This document shows positions 45,998 to 54,985 of a stretch of 64,000 nucleotides of DNA, one piece after another. The DNA is from a bacterium (GTDB lineage Bacteria; Patescibacteriota; Minisyncoccia; JAHIHE01): contig JAUYBG010000005.1 of NCBI GenBank assembly GCA_030693205.1, positions 9,017 through 73,016 on the forward strand, in the 5' to 3' direction. Below the pieces are notes generated by a model. That model made no database searches. It saw only the letters and a list, made by a program, of their open reading frames with translations, and was not told the DNA's origin. The translations under genes and the position numbers were made by a program. Within the stretch, counting starts at the first letter, position 1. Each line of letters opens with the position of its first letter.

Positions 45998-46378
45998 TTG
46001 AAAAATATTTATATGAATTTTAAAGATAAAAATATTTTGAATTGGATATTGCTCATTTTTTGGATGGGAGTTATTTTTTATTTTTCCAATCAGCTGGATC
46101 TGAAATCCGGATTTGAAAGCCGGCTGGATTTTATTTTGCGAAAAGCTGCGCATATTGCCGAATACGCGATTTTGACATATTTGGCCTGGCAGGCGATAGG
46201 CGACGGGGTGAAAAGTAAAAAATATTTGATCTATGCCGTGATTTTTTCCATATTATACGCGATTGGCGATGAATATCATCAGACATTTGTGCGCTCAAGG
46301 ATCGGAAGTCCCATTGATGTTTTAGTTGATAGTGTGGGAATAACTCTGGCCGGGTTGATAATTTGGAAAAGAAAATAA
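45998..46378 (+). CDS. VanZ-like family membrane protein
   Basis: KAAHIAEYAILTYLAW ... DEYHQTFVRSRIGSPIDVLVDSVG. Confidence 0.75.
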   Translation: MKNIYMNFKDKNILNWILLIFWMGVIFYFSNQLDLKSGFESRLDFILRKAAHIAEYAILTYLAWQAIGDGVKSKKYLIYAVIFSILYAIGDEYHQTFVRSRIGSPIDVLVDSVGITLAGLIIWKRK

Positions 46379-46395
46379 AACAGGTTATAATAAAA

Positions 46396-46420
46396 ACTGC
46401 CGTAAAGGGCAGTTTTTATT
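46396..46420. terminator. Bidirectional terminator hairpin ACTGCC-gtaaag-GGCAGT between the convergent VanZ and rplT genes
   Basis: aaaaACTGCCgtaaagGGCAGTttttatttt. Confidence 0.6.
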
Positions 46421-46441
46421 TTTACAGAAATATGCTTTAAC

Positions 46442-46789
46442 TTATTTTCGCGCCGTTTCCACTATTGTTTTGAAAACTTCGGGATTTTTGACGGCCAATT
46501 CCGATAATACTTTCCGATTTAATTTGATATTGGCTTTTTTAAGTCCGCCCATGAATTTGCTGTATGAAAAATCATAAGGCATCAATGCGGCGGAAATTCT
46601 GATATTCCAAAGCGCGCGGAAATCGCGTTTTTTAAGCCGTCGGCCGATCCAGGCGTATTTGCCGGCTTTGAGCAGAGCTTCATTGGCCGCGCGGAAAGTC
46701 GTGCTTCTTCTGCCAAGAAATCCTTTGGCTCGTTTTAATATTTTTTTGTGGCGCTTTCTGGTTATTACGCCTCTTTTTACTCTGGTCAT
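46442..46789 (-). CDS. rplT: 50S ribosomal protein L20
   Basis: MTRVKRGVITRKRHKKILKRAKGF... Confidence 0.95.
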   Translation of the reverse strand: MTRVKRGVITRKRHKKILKRAKGFLGRRSTTFRAANEALLKAGKYAWIGRRLKKRDFRALWNIRISAALMPYDFSYSKFMGGLKKANIKLNRKVLSELAVKNPEVFKTIVETARK

Positions 46790-46844
46790 AGGTTTAAATT
46801 TTTAATTTCTAATTTTGTGATTTTAAAATTTCGTTCGGTAAAAA

Positions 46845-47039
46845 TTACTTATACGGCATCATTTTTTTAATGCCTCTTTCGTATTTTGGCAATAGGTCGG
46901 AATCTTTTCTTTTTGATCTGGTAGTTTTGCCGGTTTCTCCGGCGTTGAAATGATCCTGTCCAGCCTTGCGATGGCGAAGCTTGTTGGTCGGCGTGATCTT
47001 AAATCTTTTTGCTACCGCTTTTATTGTCTTTAATTTCAT
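46845..47039 (-). CDS. rpmI: 50S ribosomal protein L35
   Basis: MKLKTIKAVAKRFKITPTNKLRHRKAGQDH... Confidence 0.93.
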   Translation of the reverse strand: MKLKTIKAVAKRFKITPTNKLRHRKAGQDHFNAGETGKTTRSKRKDSDLLPKYERGIKKMMPYK

Positions 47040-47043
47040 AAAT

Positions 47044-47574
47044 TTATTTTTTAGCTTTTGATATTATTGCGATCAATCCCCATGATTGGCGTTTTGGCCT
47101 TTGTTCCATTATTATTTTTCCCGTAAATTTCGGATTGGAGTTTATTATTTGCAAGAATTCATTTACTTTTTTTTCAGCCAGATCGGCATGCGCTTTTTCG
47201 CGGCCTTTCATCAGGAGGTCGATCTTGATTTTTGATCCTTCATCCATAAATTTTTCGGCTTGCCTGGCTTTGGTTTCCATATCGTGCAGACTGATGCGCG
47301 GACTCAATCTTATTCCTTTCGTCTCGATCGTTTTTTGTTTTGCTTTGTGCTGGCGTTCCTGCTTGGCGATCTTATATAAATATTTTCCGAAATCCATTAT
47401 CTTGCATATCGGGGGAATGGTTTTTGGCGAGACTTCGATCAGATCCAGCCCTTGCGCCTTGGCAAGGTTGATCGCTTCCAGAGTGTTCATTGGACCGAGA
47501 TTTTTCCCCTCGCTGTCGATCACCGAAACTTCAGGAACTCTAATTTGTTCATTTATTCTAAATTTTTTTGCTAT
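47044..47574 (-). CDS. infC: Translation initiation factor IF-3, probably with a non-AUG (AUA) start
   Basis: Conserved FRINEQIRVPEVSVIDSEGKNLG...EVSP...CKIMDFGKYLY. The conserved RINEQIRV segment lies upstream of the track's GTG start (47523), so the start must be at 47559 or higher. The only in-frame candidate after the upstream TAA is ATA at 47574 (xAKKFRINEQ...), consistent with the atypical AUU/AUA starts known for infC. Confidence 0.8.
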   Translation of the reverse strand: MAKKFRINEQIRVPEVSVIDSEGKNLGPMNTLEAINLAKAQGLDLIEVSPKTIPPICKIMDFGKYLYKIAKQERQHKAKQKTIETKGIRLSPRISLHDMETKARQAEKFMDEGSKIKIDLLMKGREKAHADLAEKKVNEFLQIINSNPKFTGKIIMEQRPKRQSWGLIAIISKAKK

Positions 47575-47595
47575 ATTTTTAAAATTAATTATTAG

Positions 47596-48026
47596 GGGTG
47601 GAGATGGCGGGAATTGAACCCGCGTCTAGAAAGAAAACCTTAAAATTATCTACTGATGTAGTCTGTTCGTTGTTTTTCGGATCTTTGGTTAGTGAACAAA
47701 CAAGAATACAAAGATCTTATGCTCGGTCTTTTCGGTGAAAGCTCGGAGCCGGGAGAATCCACCTATCCTAATTAATGACACCAGATAACCGACTATTAGG
47801 AGTTATCGGTCTGATGGGTCGTGAACCTTCAACTTGGCTTGTGGCCGAGTAATATTAGGCTACGGCGGCAGCAAAGCTAGGAACTGCAAAAGCTTGCGCT
47901 ACTGCAGACTTAACTTTACCAATAAGTGTTTTGGCACTTAAGTTTGATTCTAAAAGTTTTACGAGGTTTTAGAATACTCGATCAGCAATTTTAAGTTTCA
48001 GCTTCCTATCGAAGCCGGTCATCCCC
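47596..48026 (-). ncRNA. ssrA: tmRNA (SsrA)
   Basis: 5' end GGGGAUGACCGGCUUCGAUAGG (minus strand from 48026). tRNA-like 3' domain with T-arm CGGGTTCAATTCCCG and acceptor CAUCUCC-A-CC giving a G3:U70 pair (the Ala identity element). Internal tag ORF reading ...GCA GUU CCU AGC UUU GCU GCC GCC GUA GCC UAA (AVPSFAAAVA*). Located immediately downstream of smpB. Confidence 0.8.
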
Positions 48027-48045
48027 AAGCGCTGCGAACAAAGCG

Positions 48046-48495
48046 TCACTTTCCGCGCAAGGCTCGCTGGATATTTCTTTTGGATTCTCGTTCACCAATC
48101 GCCGCGCGCTTGTCGAACTGCTTCTTTCCGCGCGCTACAGCAAAGGAAACTTTAATTTTTCCTATTGTGTTAGTATATACCGAAAGTGGTATCAGTGTCA
48201 AGCCTTTTTCCTTGGATTCTCCAATTAAACGGTTGATCTGATTTTTATGGAGAAGGAGCTTTCTGGTGCGGGTCGGCTCGTAGTTCAGAGGCATATTTTT
48301 GGGCTGATAATGCGAAATATGGGCGTTTAAAAGAAAGGCTTCGCCGCCGATGATGACGACGTAAGCGCCTTTTAGGCTGATATGGCCCAGTCTCGCGGCT
48401 TTTACTTCATACCCGGCCAATACCAAACCAGCCTCGAATTTATCCAGGATCTCATAATCAAATGTCGCTCGTTTGTTGGTGGCTAGTGTTGGCAT
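48046..48495 (-). CDS. smpB: SsrA-binding protein SmpB
   Basis: ATFDYEILDKFEAGLVLAGYEVKAARLG...; basic C-terminal tail; adjacent to the tmRNA. Confidence 0.92.
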   Translation of the reverse strand: MPTLATNKRATFDYEILDKFEAGLVLAGYEVKAARLGHISLKGAYVVIIGGEAFLLNAHISHYQPKNMPLNYEPTRTRKLLLHKNQINRLIGESKEKGLTLIPLSVYTNTIGKIKVSFAVARGKKQFDKRAAIGERESKRNIQRALRGK

Positions 48496-48654
48496 ATAGT
48501 TTTTTAATTACTTTAATACTACCGTAAAAAAGCGATTTTGACAATTAAATATTAAGGCACTGAATTGAATTTTTCTTTTAGTTTCATTGACGTTTCACTC
48601 AAAAAATGTTAAATTTAACATAGGAGTTGTCTATAAATTCTTAATTCTAAACCT

Positions 48655-49857
48655 ATGCGCATTGGCATTGACGCTCGCACAATTTTAAATCCCGAGCTTG
48701 GCGAAGCGATCGGGATCGGCCACTATACTTTTATGCTGATCCGCCATTTATTGAAAATGGACGCGGATTTTAAAAATGGAAAAAATGAATACGTTTTATT
48801 TTTTGATAATCGCGTAAGGAAAAAAGATATTGAACGGTTTAAGATTACCGGAGTAAAGATCGTTAACTTTCCTTTTTCTTCGTACCGAAGGTATTTGCCG
48901 GGAGTTTATTCGGAAATTTTGGTTAACGCGATGTTTTCGCGCGAGAAGCTGGACATTCTTCATTCACCCGGCGGTTCAATCCCGTTGTCTTATCGTGGCA
49001 AGACAGTAGTGACGGAATCCGGCATCGGTATTCGCAAATTCAGCGATATGTTTCCGCCTTATCAGAGGTTGAGTGCGTCTTTCGCCAAATCTATTTTAGT
49101 CAAAACAAATCATATCATTGTTAATTCCTGGGCGGCGAAAAAAGACACGATTGATTGCTTTGGCATTAAAGCGGAAAAAATAACCCCGATATATAAAGGC
49201 GTTGATCAGAGGTTTTTCGATAAGGTTAGTCAAAATGAAATTGCCAGAGTAAAAGAAAAATATAAGATCAAAGGCAGATATTTCTTGTTTTTGAGCACTA
49301 TCAAGCCGATCAATAATTTGGTTGGGTTAGTCAGGTCTTTTGCCGAAGTGCGCGGAAAAATTCTCAAAGACGCGAAGGATACGCATTTTGCGCTGGAGAA
49401 CGATTGCTCCAACTGCCAGTTGGTTTTAGCCGGCAAGGAAGGGTGGCTGAGCGCCGAAGAAGTGGCGGAAACGGCCAAAGAACTGCAAATTGAAAAAGAT
49501 ATTATTTTAACCGGCTATGTTCCGCCGGAAGATCTGAATGGAATTATCCAGGGAGCGGATCTGTTTTTGTTCCCGCCATTTTATGAGGAATTCGGCGCGC
49601 CGGCCCTAGAAGCGATGGCTTCCGGAGTGCCGGTCATAGCTTCGAGAATTCCGTCGCTGGAAGAAATTTTGGGAAATGGCGCGATATTTATTGATCCGAA
49701 TAATACTGATCATTGGGCGCGAGAAATTGTTAGCCTGATCAATAACAAAAGCCGCCAGAGCGAACTTATCCGGCTTGGCGCGGCGCAAGCAAAAAAATAT
49801 ACTTGGGAAAAAACGGCGGAAGAAACGCTTAGGGTTTATAAAAATATTGTAAAGTAG
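48655..49857 (+). CDS. Glycosyltransferase family 4 (GT-B, glycosyl transferase group 1)
   Basis: C-terminal EX7E-type region EEFGAPALEAMASGVPVIASRIPSLEEILG. Confidence 0.8.
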   Translation: MRIGIDARTILNPELGEAIGIGHYTFMLIRHLLKMDADFKNGKNEYVLFFDNRVRKKDIERFKITGVKIVNFPFSSYRRYLPGVYSEILVNAMFSREKLDILHSPGGSIPLSYRGKTVVTESGIGIRKFSDMFPPYQRLSASFAKSILVKTNHIIVNSWAAKKDTIDCFGIKAEKITPIYKGVDQRFFDKVSQNEIARVKEKYKIKGRYFLFLSTIKPINNLVGLVRSFAEVRGKILKDAKDTHFALENDCSNCQLVLAGKEGWLSAEEVAETAKELQIEKDIILTGYVPPEDLNGIIQGADLFLFPPFYEEFGAPALEAMASGVPVIASRIPSLEEILGNGAIFIDPNNTDHWAREIVSLINNKSRQSELIRLGAAQAKKYTWEKTAEETLRVYKNIVK

Positions 49858-49884
49858 TTGTTTAAGCGGCTATTTTTTGCAACG

Positions 49885-50208
49885 ATGACAGAATTTTTAG
49901 AAAAAAACATAAAAAAACTTAAGAAAATTGCCGGATCCTCATTATTCGCGGCTCTGCCTCTAGAACCGGTTACGATGAAGCCGATGGCAAACTTGATCGA
50001 TTCGCTTCTTAATACTATTTTGGCAATAGTTGCCGGCCTTGGAATTTTGTTTTTGATCATCGGCGGCATAAGATACATCAGAAGCTGGGGAGATTCCGAC
50101 CAAATGGAAAAGGCGAAAAAAATGATCACTTATGTGATTATAGGTTTGGTAGTGATTTTAGTGTCTTATTCCGTGATAGCTACTTTGGATACGATAATTA
50201 ACGGATAG
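49885..50208 (+). CDS. TrbC/VirB2-family pilin-like protein
   Basis: Signal region then LNTILAIVAGLGILFLIIGGIRYIRSWGDSDQMEKAKKMITYVIIGLVVILVSYSVIA, the canonical CPR T4SS-pilin-like double-TM motif. Start set to the ATG at 49885; the track start 49858 is TTG. Confidence 0.7.
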   Translation: MTEFLEKNIKKLKKIAGSSLFAALPLEPVTMKPMANLIDSLLNTILAIVAGLGILFLIIGGIRYIRSWGDSDQMEKAKKMITYVIIGLVVILVSYSVIATLDTIING

Positions 50209-50303
50209 TTGACAAAATGCAAAATTAGTTTATGATTAATTTAAACAAATTACAGGAGGAATAAAGTATAAAAGGAAAAAATAACAATATTGTTTCTCCT
50301 ATT

Positions 50304-50567
50304 GTGGATAATGGGGGAAACGGAAGAAAAGTAGCATATTGTCCTCATCATGAAATGATATTATGCAATGAATTTATGGCAAAAAAAGGGTGTCTTAAAA
50401 ACTGCAATCATGTAATGACGGTAAAAAAGAAGTATATACATAAATTAAAAAAATATACAAGAACGACGGATATAGACACAAAACTGCGTGATCTGCAAAA
50501 TACCGTAAATAATGGCATAAAAGTGGATTATGATTATTGGAATGCAGTTCTGTATAGCAGGCATTGA
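50304..50567 (+). CDS. Small Cys/His-rich hypothetical protein
   Basis: GTG start; CPHHEMILCNEF...CLKNCNH pattern suggests metal binding; no family recognised. Confidence 0.3.
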   Translation: MDNGGNGRKVAYCPHHEMILCNEFMAKKGCLKNCNHVMTVKKKYIHKLKKYTRTTDIDTKLRDLQNTVNNGIKVDYDYWNAVLYSRH

Positions 50568-50702
50568 TTGTCTGCTTATTTTTTTTGACCAAATTGTTTT
50601 TTTCAGTTAAACTAAAAGAAGTATTAAAAGTAATTCACCCCGTTAAATAGGTTGCAATACAACCTAAAATTCTGAAGGATTTTATTTAACAGGGTAAAAT
50701 AT

Positions 50703-53700
50703 ATGAAAAATAAAGCGGAACAAAAGCAAAAATCTGAAGTGGCGCTTCGGGAAGAAGCGATTTTGAAATTTTGGGAGGAAAACAAGATTTTTCAAAAATC
50801 CGTCAATCAGCGTTCGGGATCAAAAGAATTCGTTTTTTATGAAGGTCCGCCGACTGCCAACGGGAAACCCGGAATTCATCATGTTTTGGCGAGGTCTTTC
50901 AAAGACATAGTCTGCCGTTATAAAACAATGCGGGGATATAGGGTTGAGCGGAAAGCCGGCTGGGATACGCATGGGCTTCCGGTAGAGCTTCAGGTGGAAA
51001 AAGAATTAAAAATTTCTTCTAAGCCTGAAATAGAAAAATATGGCATTGAAGAATTTAATAAGAAATGCAAAGCGTCGGTTTGGGAATACAAAGACGAGTG
51101 GGAACGCCTGACCAAGCGCATCGCTTTCTGGCTGGACTTGGAGCATCCTTACATAACTTATAGCAACGAGTATATTGAATCAGTTTGGTGGATTCTGTCG
51201 GAAATTTACAAAAAAGGCTTGCTTTACGAAGGCCACAAAGTTGTGCCGTATTGTTCGCGCTGCGGCACGGGGCTCTCGAGCCATGAAGTGGCGCAAGGAT
51301 ATAAAAAAATACCGGAAAAATCCGTATATGTGAAATTCAAAGTCAAAAGCCGGCTGGGCACGGGGATTGTCGTCGTCAACGAAAAAGGCGAGATATTGTT
51401 GGGGAAAAGGATCAAAACCGGTCAATGGACTTTGCCCGGAGGAAAAGTGGAAAAAGGCGAAACATACGAAGAAACGATCGTACGCGAGACCAAAGAAGAA
51501 ACAGGGATTGATATCGAGATCGTGAAAACTTTGGGATTGGCCGAAAGCATAATTGACGGCGCGCATTGGCGGTATCAGAATTTCATCGGCCGCGCAAAAG
51601 GCGGGGAATTGAAAGACGAAAAAGGAAAGATCGAAGGCTGGAAATGGATCGCGCCGGATAAATTGCCGGAAAATATTTACGAGCCGAGCGGAAAAACCTT
51701 GAAGCTTTTTTTGGCTGATAAAAAAGGGATTATAAGTGATGTCTTGGTGCATGAAAATGATTCCACATATTTTTTGGTTTGGACCACTACGCCGTGGACT
51801 TTGCCGGGAAATGTGGCACTGGCAGTAGGAAAGGATATTGATTATGTAATAATTAAGTATTTTGGCAATAAATCGTCCAGAAGTATCATTGGGAGCGGGA
51901 ATAGAAAAGAAGGATTAACTGAATCTACAATATTAGCTCCAGGTAATTATATAATAGCCAAAGATATTTTACAAAAAAACTTGGAATCAAATGCGGGGCT
52001 TATAGAAATCAGATATTTGTTCGGTAACATTGATGTGTTTAATGAGAATTTAAGGAAGCATCCTGCGCATCAAGATCTTGACGGTTTATTAAAAGCATAT
52101 AATTTTGATGTTATTAAAGGATCTGAACTTGTCGGTTTGGAATACAAACAATTATTTGATTTTGTAAAACCGGACCCGCTTTCTCCGTCAGTAGGCGGAT
52201 TCAGCGAGGCAAGTAAGCCTGCATTTCGAGTCGTGGCTGGGGATTTTGTGACCACGCAAGACGGTTCGGGCATAGTTCATATTGCGCCGGCGTTTGGCGA
52301 GGATGATATGCGAGTGGCAAAAGAAAATGATTTGCCGGTTTTGATGACTGTGAATTTGCAAGGCAAATTTATTCCGGAAATTACTCCATGGGCGGGAAAA
52401 TATGTGGCCAGAGAAGAAACCAATAAAGAGATTATTACCGAATTGGACAAGAGAAAAGTTTTATTCAAAACCGAAGATATAGAGCATGATTATCCTTTTT
52501 GCTGGCGATGCAATACGAAACTGATCTATTACGCCAAAAAATCTTGGTTTATTAAGATGTCTGATCCGAAAATCAAGAAAGCTTTGATCGAAAATAACGA
52601 AAAAATAAACTGGATACCGGAACATATCAAGAAAGGCCGGATGGGCGAGTGGCTCCGCGAAATAAAAGATTGGGCACTGAGCCGCGAGCGCTATTGGGGA
52701 ACGCCGCTGCCGATTTGGAAATGCGCCAAATGCGGAGATGATAAAATAATCGGTTCGATCGCGGAACTGGAAAAATTTGGCGGTAAGAAACTGGAAGACT
52801 TGCACAGACCGTTCATAGACAAAGTTATTTTTAAGTGCGATAAATGCGGCGGCGAAATGAAGAGGATCACGGACGTGATTGATTGCTGGTTTGATTCCGG
52901 CTCAATGCCTTTCAGTCAATGGCATTATCCTTTTGAAAACAAAGAATTAGTCGACCCTTCGACAGGCTCAGGGCAGGCTAAAGGCAAGAAATTTCCGGCT
53001 GATTATATTTCCGAAGCGATCGATCAGACAAGAGGGTGGTTCTATACTTTGCTGGCGATTGCCACGCTTTTGGGAAAAAGCGCGCCTTACAAGAATGTCA
53101 TAACTTACGGCCATATTCTGGACGCGAAAGGCCAAAAAATGAGCAAATCCAAAGGCAATGTCGTCAGTCCATGGGAAGTGGCTGATAAATATGGCATAGA
53201 TATTTTGCGCTGGTATTTTTATACGGTCGGCGGACCCGGAGAGCCGAAGCGTTTTGATTTCAAGGATCTTAATGAAGTGCAAAATAAATTTTATCGCACT
53301 TTATGGAATTCATATCAATTTTTTAAGACATACGCGGGCAAAGCCAAAAGCCAAAAGCCCACAGCCAAAAATCAAAATTTATTGGATAAGTGGATTGTTT
53401 CGCGGCTCAATGAAACGATTTTTGAAACGACAAAACTTTTGGATGATTATGATATTATTCGCTCGGCTCGTCTTATCGGCGATTTTACGGATGATCTGTC
53501 GAATTGGTATATCCGCCGCTCACGCGACAGGATGCGGGTTGAGGAATCCGCGGCCCTTTGGACGCTTTTGGCGGTCTTGAGCGAATTGACAAAGCTTGCC
53601 GCGCCTTTCGTGCCGTTTATTTCAGAAGAAATTTATCGAGATATTAAAACAGGCGGTTCTCCGGAAAGCATTCATCTTTCGGATTGGCCGAAAGCCGATG

Positions 53701-54266
53701 AAAAATTAATTGATAAGAAATTAAACGAGGAAATGAAATTAGTCCGTGAAATTGTTACTTTGGGTTTGGCCGCGCGCGCGAAATCAAAAATTAAAGTCAG
53801 GCAGCCTTTGGCCCTGCTGGAAGTTCAGGGAACGAAAGAAAAAATAAAAGCCGACTTGTTGGAATTAGTAAACGATGAATTGAATGTTAAAAAAGTAGCT
53901 TTTGTTTCTGAGGTTAGCGCAAAGAGCGGTTGGATATCGGAAACTAATGGCCGGATTGCAATTGCGCTTGATACAAAAATCACCGATGAACTTAAAGAAG
54001 AGGGAGTTGTTCGCGATATTGCGCGGCATATCCAGACAATGCGCAAAGACTTGGGTTTGACCAAGGAAGATTTGATCGAAGTTTTTTACGGAAAAAACGG
54101 AAGTGCGGGGAAAATTTTCGCCAATGCCAAATGGCAAAAATATATCAAAGAAAAAACCATTACGAAAAATATCGATAAATATGAAGAAGGCGGAAAATAC
54201 GATATGGAAAAAGATTTGGAGATCGAAGGCGAAAAAATTAAATTCGCGGTTAAGAAAGTGAAATAA
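50703..54266 (+). CDS. ileS: Isoleucyl-tRNA synthetase carrying an inserted NUDIX hydrolase domain (about aa 217-348)
   Basis: Class I signatures PPTANGKPGIHH (HIGH region) and KMSKSKGN; editing-domain hallmark LVWTTTPWTLPGN; anticodon-binding C-terminal region. Between SVYVKFKVKS and YFLVWTTTPWTLP sits a roughly 130-aa insert with a perfect Nudix box GGKVEKGETYEETIVRETKEETGI. Confidence 0.9.
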   Translation: MKNKAEQKQKSEVALREEAILKFWEENKIFQKSVNQRSGSKEFVFYEGPPTANGKPGIHHVLARSFKDIVCRYKTMRGYRVERKAGWDTHGLPVELQVEKELKISSKPEIEKYGIEEFNKKCKASVWEYKDEWERLTKRIAFWLDLEHPYITYSNEYIESVWWILSEIYKKGLLYEGHKVVPYCSRCGTGLSSHEVAQGYKKIPEKSVYVKFKVKSRLGTGIVVVNEKGEILLGKRIKTGQWTLPGGKVEKGETYEETIVRETKEETGIDIEIVKTLGLAESIIDGAHWRYQNFIGRAKGGELKDEKGKIEGWKWIAPDKLPENIYEPSGKTLKLFLADKKGIISDVLVHENDSTYFLVWTTTPWTLPGNVALAVGKDIDYVIIKYFGNKSSRSIIGSGNRKEGLTESTILAPGNYIIAKDILQKNLESNAGLIEIRYLFGNIDVFNENLRKHPAHQDLDGLLKAYNFDVIKGSELVGLEYKQLFDFVKPDPLSPSVGGFSEASKPAFRVVAGDFVTTQDGSGIVHIAPAFGEDDMRVAKENDLPVLMTVNLQGKFIPEITPWAGKYVAREETNKEIITELDKRKVLFKTEDIEHDYPFCWRCNTKLIYYAKKSWFIKMSDPKIKKALIENNEKINWIPEHIKKGRMGEWLREIKDWALSRERYWGTPLPIWKCAKCGDDKIIGSIAELEKFGGKKLEDLHRPFIDKVIFKCDKCGGEMKRITDVIDCWFDSGSMPFSQWHYPFENKELVDPSTGSGQAKGKKFPADYISEAIDQTRGWFYTLLAIATLLGKSAPYKNVITYGHILDAKGQKMSKSKGNVVSPWEVADKYGIDILRWYFYTVGGPGEPKRFDFKDLNEVQNKFYRTLWNSYQFFKTYAGKAKSQKPTAKNQNLLDKWIVSRLNETIFETTKLLDDYDIIRSARLIGDFTDDLSNWYIRRSRDRMRVEESAALWTLLAVLSELTKLAAPFVPFISEEIYRDIKTGGSPESIHLSDWPKADEKLIDKKLNEEMKLVREIVTLGLAARAKSKIKVRQPLALLEVQGTKEKIKADLLELVNDELNVKKVAFVSEVSAKSGWISETNGRIAIALDTKITDELKEEGVVRDIARHIQTMRKDLGLTKEDLIEVFYGKNGSAGKIFANAKWQKYIKEKTITKNIDKYEEGGKYDMEKDLEIEGEKIKFAVKKVK
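51351..51746 (+). other. NUDIX hydrolase domain inserted in-frame within ileS
   Basis: Nudix box Gx5Ex7REUxEExGU fully satisfied (G-KVEKG-E-TYEETIV-RE-T-K-EE-T-G-I); flanked on both sides by conserved IleRS segments in the same frame. Confidence 0.8.
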
Positions 54267-54267
54267 T

Positions 54268-54912
54268 ATGGAACTCCCTTATTCGCAGGAAGGTATAATT
54301 TTAGCCAGCGATTATTATAAAGACAGGGACAGGATACTGACTGTCTATACCAAGGATATAGGCAAGATCCGCGCTATTTGCCGCGGGTCAAGAAGCATTA
54401 CTTCAAAACTGGCGCCGCACTTGAAAGTGCTCGATTACGTGGATTTAATGCTATTTGACGGCAAGGCCTTGATCACTATTACTAAGGCATCCGAGATCAG
54501 ATCTTTCCGGAATTTAAAAAACGATTTTGAGCGATCCGCGATCGCGCTATACGCGGCGGAATTGGTTAATATTTCGACAATAGAAAGATTACCCGATCAA
54601 AAAATTTTCAACCTTTTATTGGATCTGTTCGAGTATTTAGATTCGAAAAGCATTGGTAAAAACGCAATACCTGCCAGTGAAGAAATAGTATTGGCGTTCA
54701 AGTTGAAGCTGCTGGATATTTTAGGATTGCGGCCGATGGAGATAGCGGAAGACCATAAAGATGGTTTAAGAATAATCGAGGAAGGTTTTTCATATTTGGA
54801 AAATATTGGCTGGCAAGCGATAGGGAAGGAGAAGCTGGGAAAGCTCTTGGATCATTCGCTGGAAGATATACTGAACAGGCAAGTGATGAGCTTTGGCAAG
54901 TTTATTTGTTGA
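54268..54912 (+). CDS. recO: DNA repair protein RecO
   Basis: N-terminal OB-fold GIILASDYYKDRDRILTVYTKDIGKIRAICRGSRS; 214 aa. Confidence 0.75.
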   Translation: MELPYSQEGIILASDYYKDRDRILTVYTKDIGKIRAICRGSRSITSKLAPHLKVLDYVDLMLFDGKALITITKASEIRSFRNLKNDFERSAIALYAAELVNISTIERLPDQKIFNLLLDLFEYLDSKSIGKNAIPASEEIVLAFKLKLLDILGLRPMEIAEDHKDGLRIIEEGFSYLENIGWQAIGKEKLGKLLDHSLEDILNRQVMSFGKFIC

Positions 54913-54985
54913 TAATTATTTTTTAAAAATAGAAGAAAGTGATATAATAAGTAATAGTTATAAAGCTTCTAAAGCAATAATAAAC

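Noticed and set aside
47135-47617. 160-aa plus-strand ORF
   Set aside because: Antisense to infC, whose product is unmistakable; it also spans the tmRNA acceptor end.
51180-51752. 190-aa minus-strand ORF inside ileS
   Set aside because: Antisense to the Nudix-insert region of a 1187-aa IleRS with continuous conserved motifs.
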